From Isurus oxyrinchus (Eukaryota), in assembly GCA_026770705.1 (NCBI GenBank), contig JANJGN010000009.1, forward strand, positions 163,866,001 through 163,930,000: a stretch of DNA of 64,000 nt. The letters are read 5' to 3'. Of this stretch, positions 62,655 through 64,000 are shown one piece after another. The notes beneath the pieces are model-generated. The model was not told the DNA's origin, ran no database searches, and saw only the letters and a list, made by a program, of their open reading frames with translations. A program made the position numbers and the translations under genes. The number at the start of each line of letters is the position of its first letter. Positions within the stretch are counted from its first letter, which is position 1.

Positions 62655-63310
62655 ATGGCAGATTTTCACACCTTATTATCCTATTCCTGGCACGTCCCAC
62701 CTCATTAATTATGCGTTCACTGGAAACACACCGGGTCGCTGGTGGGAAGGCCTCTGACGCGCCACCCCACCGTCACCTCAGGCCTTCATTTATCCAGACG
62801 CCCTATTTAAAGGCCGTTTCTGCAGAGAGATGGCTCTCTCTCTAGGCATCAGAAACTGCTAGGAATTCATAGCTGCCAAAGGGAGGAAACATGTTGCATC
62901 CAAAATTTAGCACTGCCTCCCTCAGCCTACTGGGCACTGTGAGAGCTGCCGTGAAGTCCTCTACCCCAATTCTAGGCGAAGACCAACAAGCATGGCAACA
63001 AATCTAGCATGGGAGGTGGTGGCAGCAGTGGTCAGTGCCAATGCACTGCTAAAGAGGACAGCCACCCAGCGCTGAAAGAGGATGAATGGTCACCTTCTTT
63101 CTGCTAGGTTAAATCACTTTTCTCATCACTCACAACTCAAAAACCCATCACACATTCACTGGGATCTCACTCAATACCAGTTCAAAGGACATCACCATTC
63201 TCCCTCTCACACACACCTTCCTCTGCCCTGCCGTTCCTGTCCTCATCCATGGCACCACTTACCACCCACACGTGCCGGGTGCCCTTCTCATGTGACCTGG
63301 CAGGCACCCT
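62655..63310 (+). mobile_element. Decayed Harbinger element with Myb/SANT-like ORF remnant (about 62880-63108)
   Basis: REVLYP...AWEVVAAVVSANALLKRTATQ.*KRMN resembles the Harbinger Myb/SANT DNA-binding protein; stop and frameshifts present. Confidence 0.55.
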
Positions 63311-63439
63311 GCTTACGCTCTCTCCATCTGTATTCCTGCAGAACAAGCTGGATGATGTCAGGGATCTGACACTTACTGAGAATATAGGAGTCACGGACAC
63401 TCCCTTGGAATCGCACGCAGACCCGTGGAAGCTCTTGCT

Positions 63440-64000
63440 GTTTGTTTAAATATTTCTTGCCATTCCATCTCATAATCATCTTTCTCCCTCTTTATTCGTT
63501 TTTTGGTCATCTGCTGCTGGTTCCTAAAAAGTTCCTAATCCTCAAGCATACCATTAGTTTTCCCCCCTTTTTATACTTTAGTTGTTGATTGGATACTCTC
63601 TCTGACTGCCGTCGTTAACCATGGGTGGTTCATCCTTCTCATCAAGTCCTTCCTTTTGAGCGGGATAAATTTTTTCTGAGCGTTATGAAATATTTACTTA
63701 AATGTCTGCCACTGCTCACCCACTGACCTTCCTGTTAGTCTATTCTCCCAGCCAACTCTTCCTTCATAACTCTGTAATTGGCCTTATTTAGGTTGAGGAC
63801 ACTGGTTTTAGAGACGAGCTGCTCACCCTCAAACAGAATTTCAAATTCTACAATGTTGTGTGATCGCTATCCCCTAGAGGATCCCTAACTACACGATCTC
63901 TTATGAATCCTACCTCATTACGCATTGCTAGATGCAAAATAGCCTGTTCCCAAGTAGGTTATGCAACATATTGCTGAAAGAAACTATCCTTGGTACACTC
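63440..64000 (-). mobile_element. CR1 LINE endonuclease-to-RT linker fragment
   Basis: Minus strand resembles 40500-41010 (DPLGD, W, HPWLT motifs). Confidence 0.55.

Noticed and set aside
62380-62757. 125-aa ORF as the cytoplasmic exon of receptor B
   Set aside because: In frame with an AG at 62376, but the polypyrimidine tract is weak, no signalling motif is recognisable, and the 3' part runs into transposon sequence.

Overview
Eukaryotic (vertebrate) genomic DNA. The repeat content (Neptune-type Penelope elements, DeuSINE/SacSINE1-like SINEs, CR1/L2, Tx1, Harbinger MITEs) points to a shark or other cartilaginous fish. The window holds two same-strand copies of a CD300/pIgR-like (MDIR-type) Ig-superfamily receptor gene, separated by a 135-N assembly gap. 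Copy A (ATG 761, stop 21659; 7 exons, about 417 aa) is signal peptide + V-type Ig + C2-type Ig + S/T stalk + uncharged TM + a tail with four ITIM/ITSM-like motifs, i.e. an inhibitory receptor. Copy B (ATG 43695) shares about 17.8 kb of near-identical sequence with A (identical V exon, one amino-acid change in C2). Homology stops in intron 4, and B then uses an unrelated TM exon with an intramembrane Arg (WDVIRW), the hallmark of adaptor-coupled activating receptors. The window therefore appears to hold an activating/inhibitory receptor pair with effectively the same ligand-binding region. Secondary highlights: Penelope-borne minimal hammerhead-ribozyme motifs with a recurrent non-canonical core (CUGUYGA), and three Tx1 3' ends stacked at one 21-bp target just downstream of a tRNA-Thr-like sequence. 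Exon models were read by eye from splice signals and phases; repeat boundaries are approximate unless a TSD or TIR is quoted.
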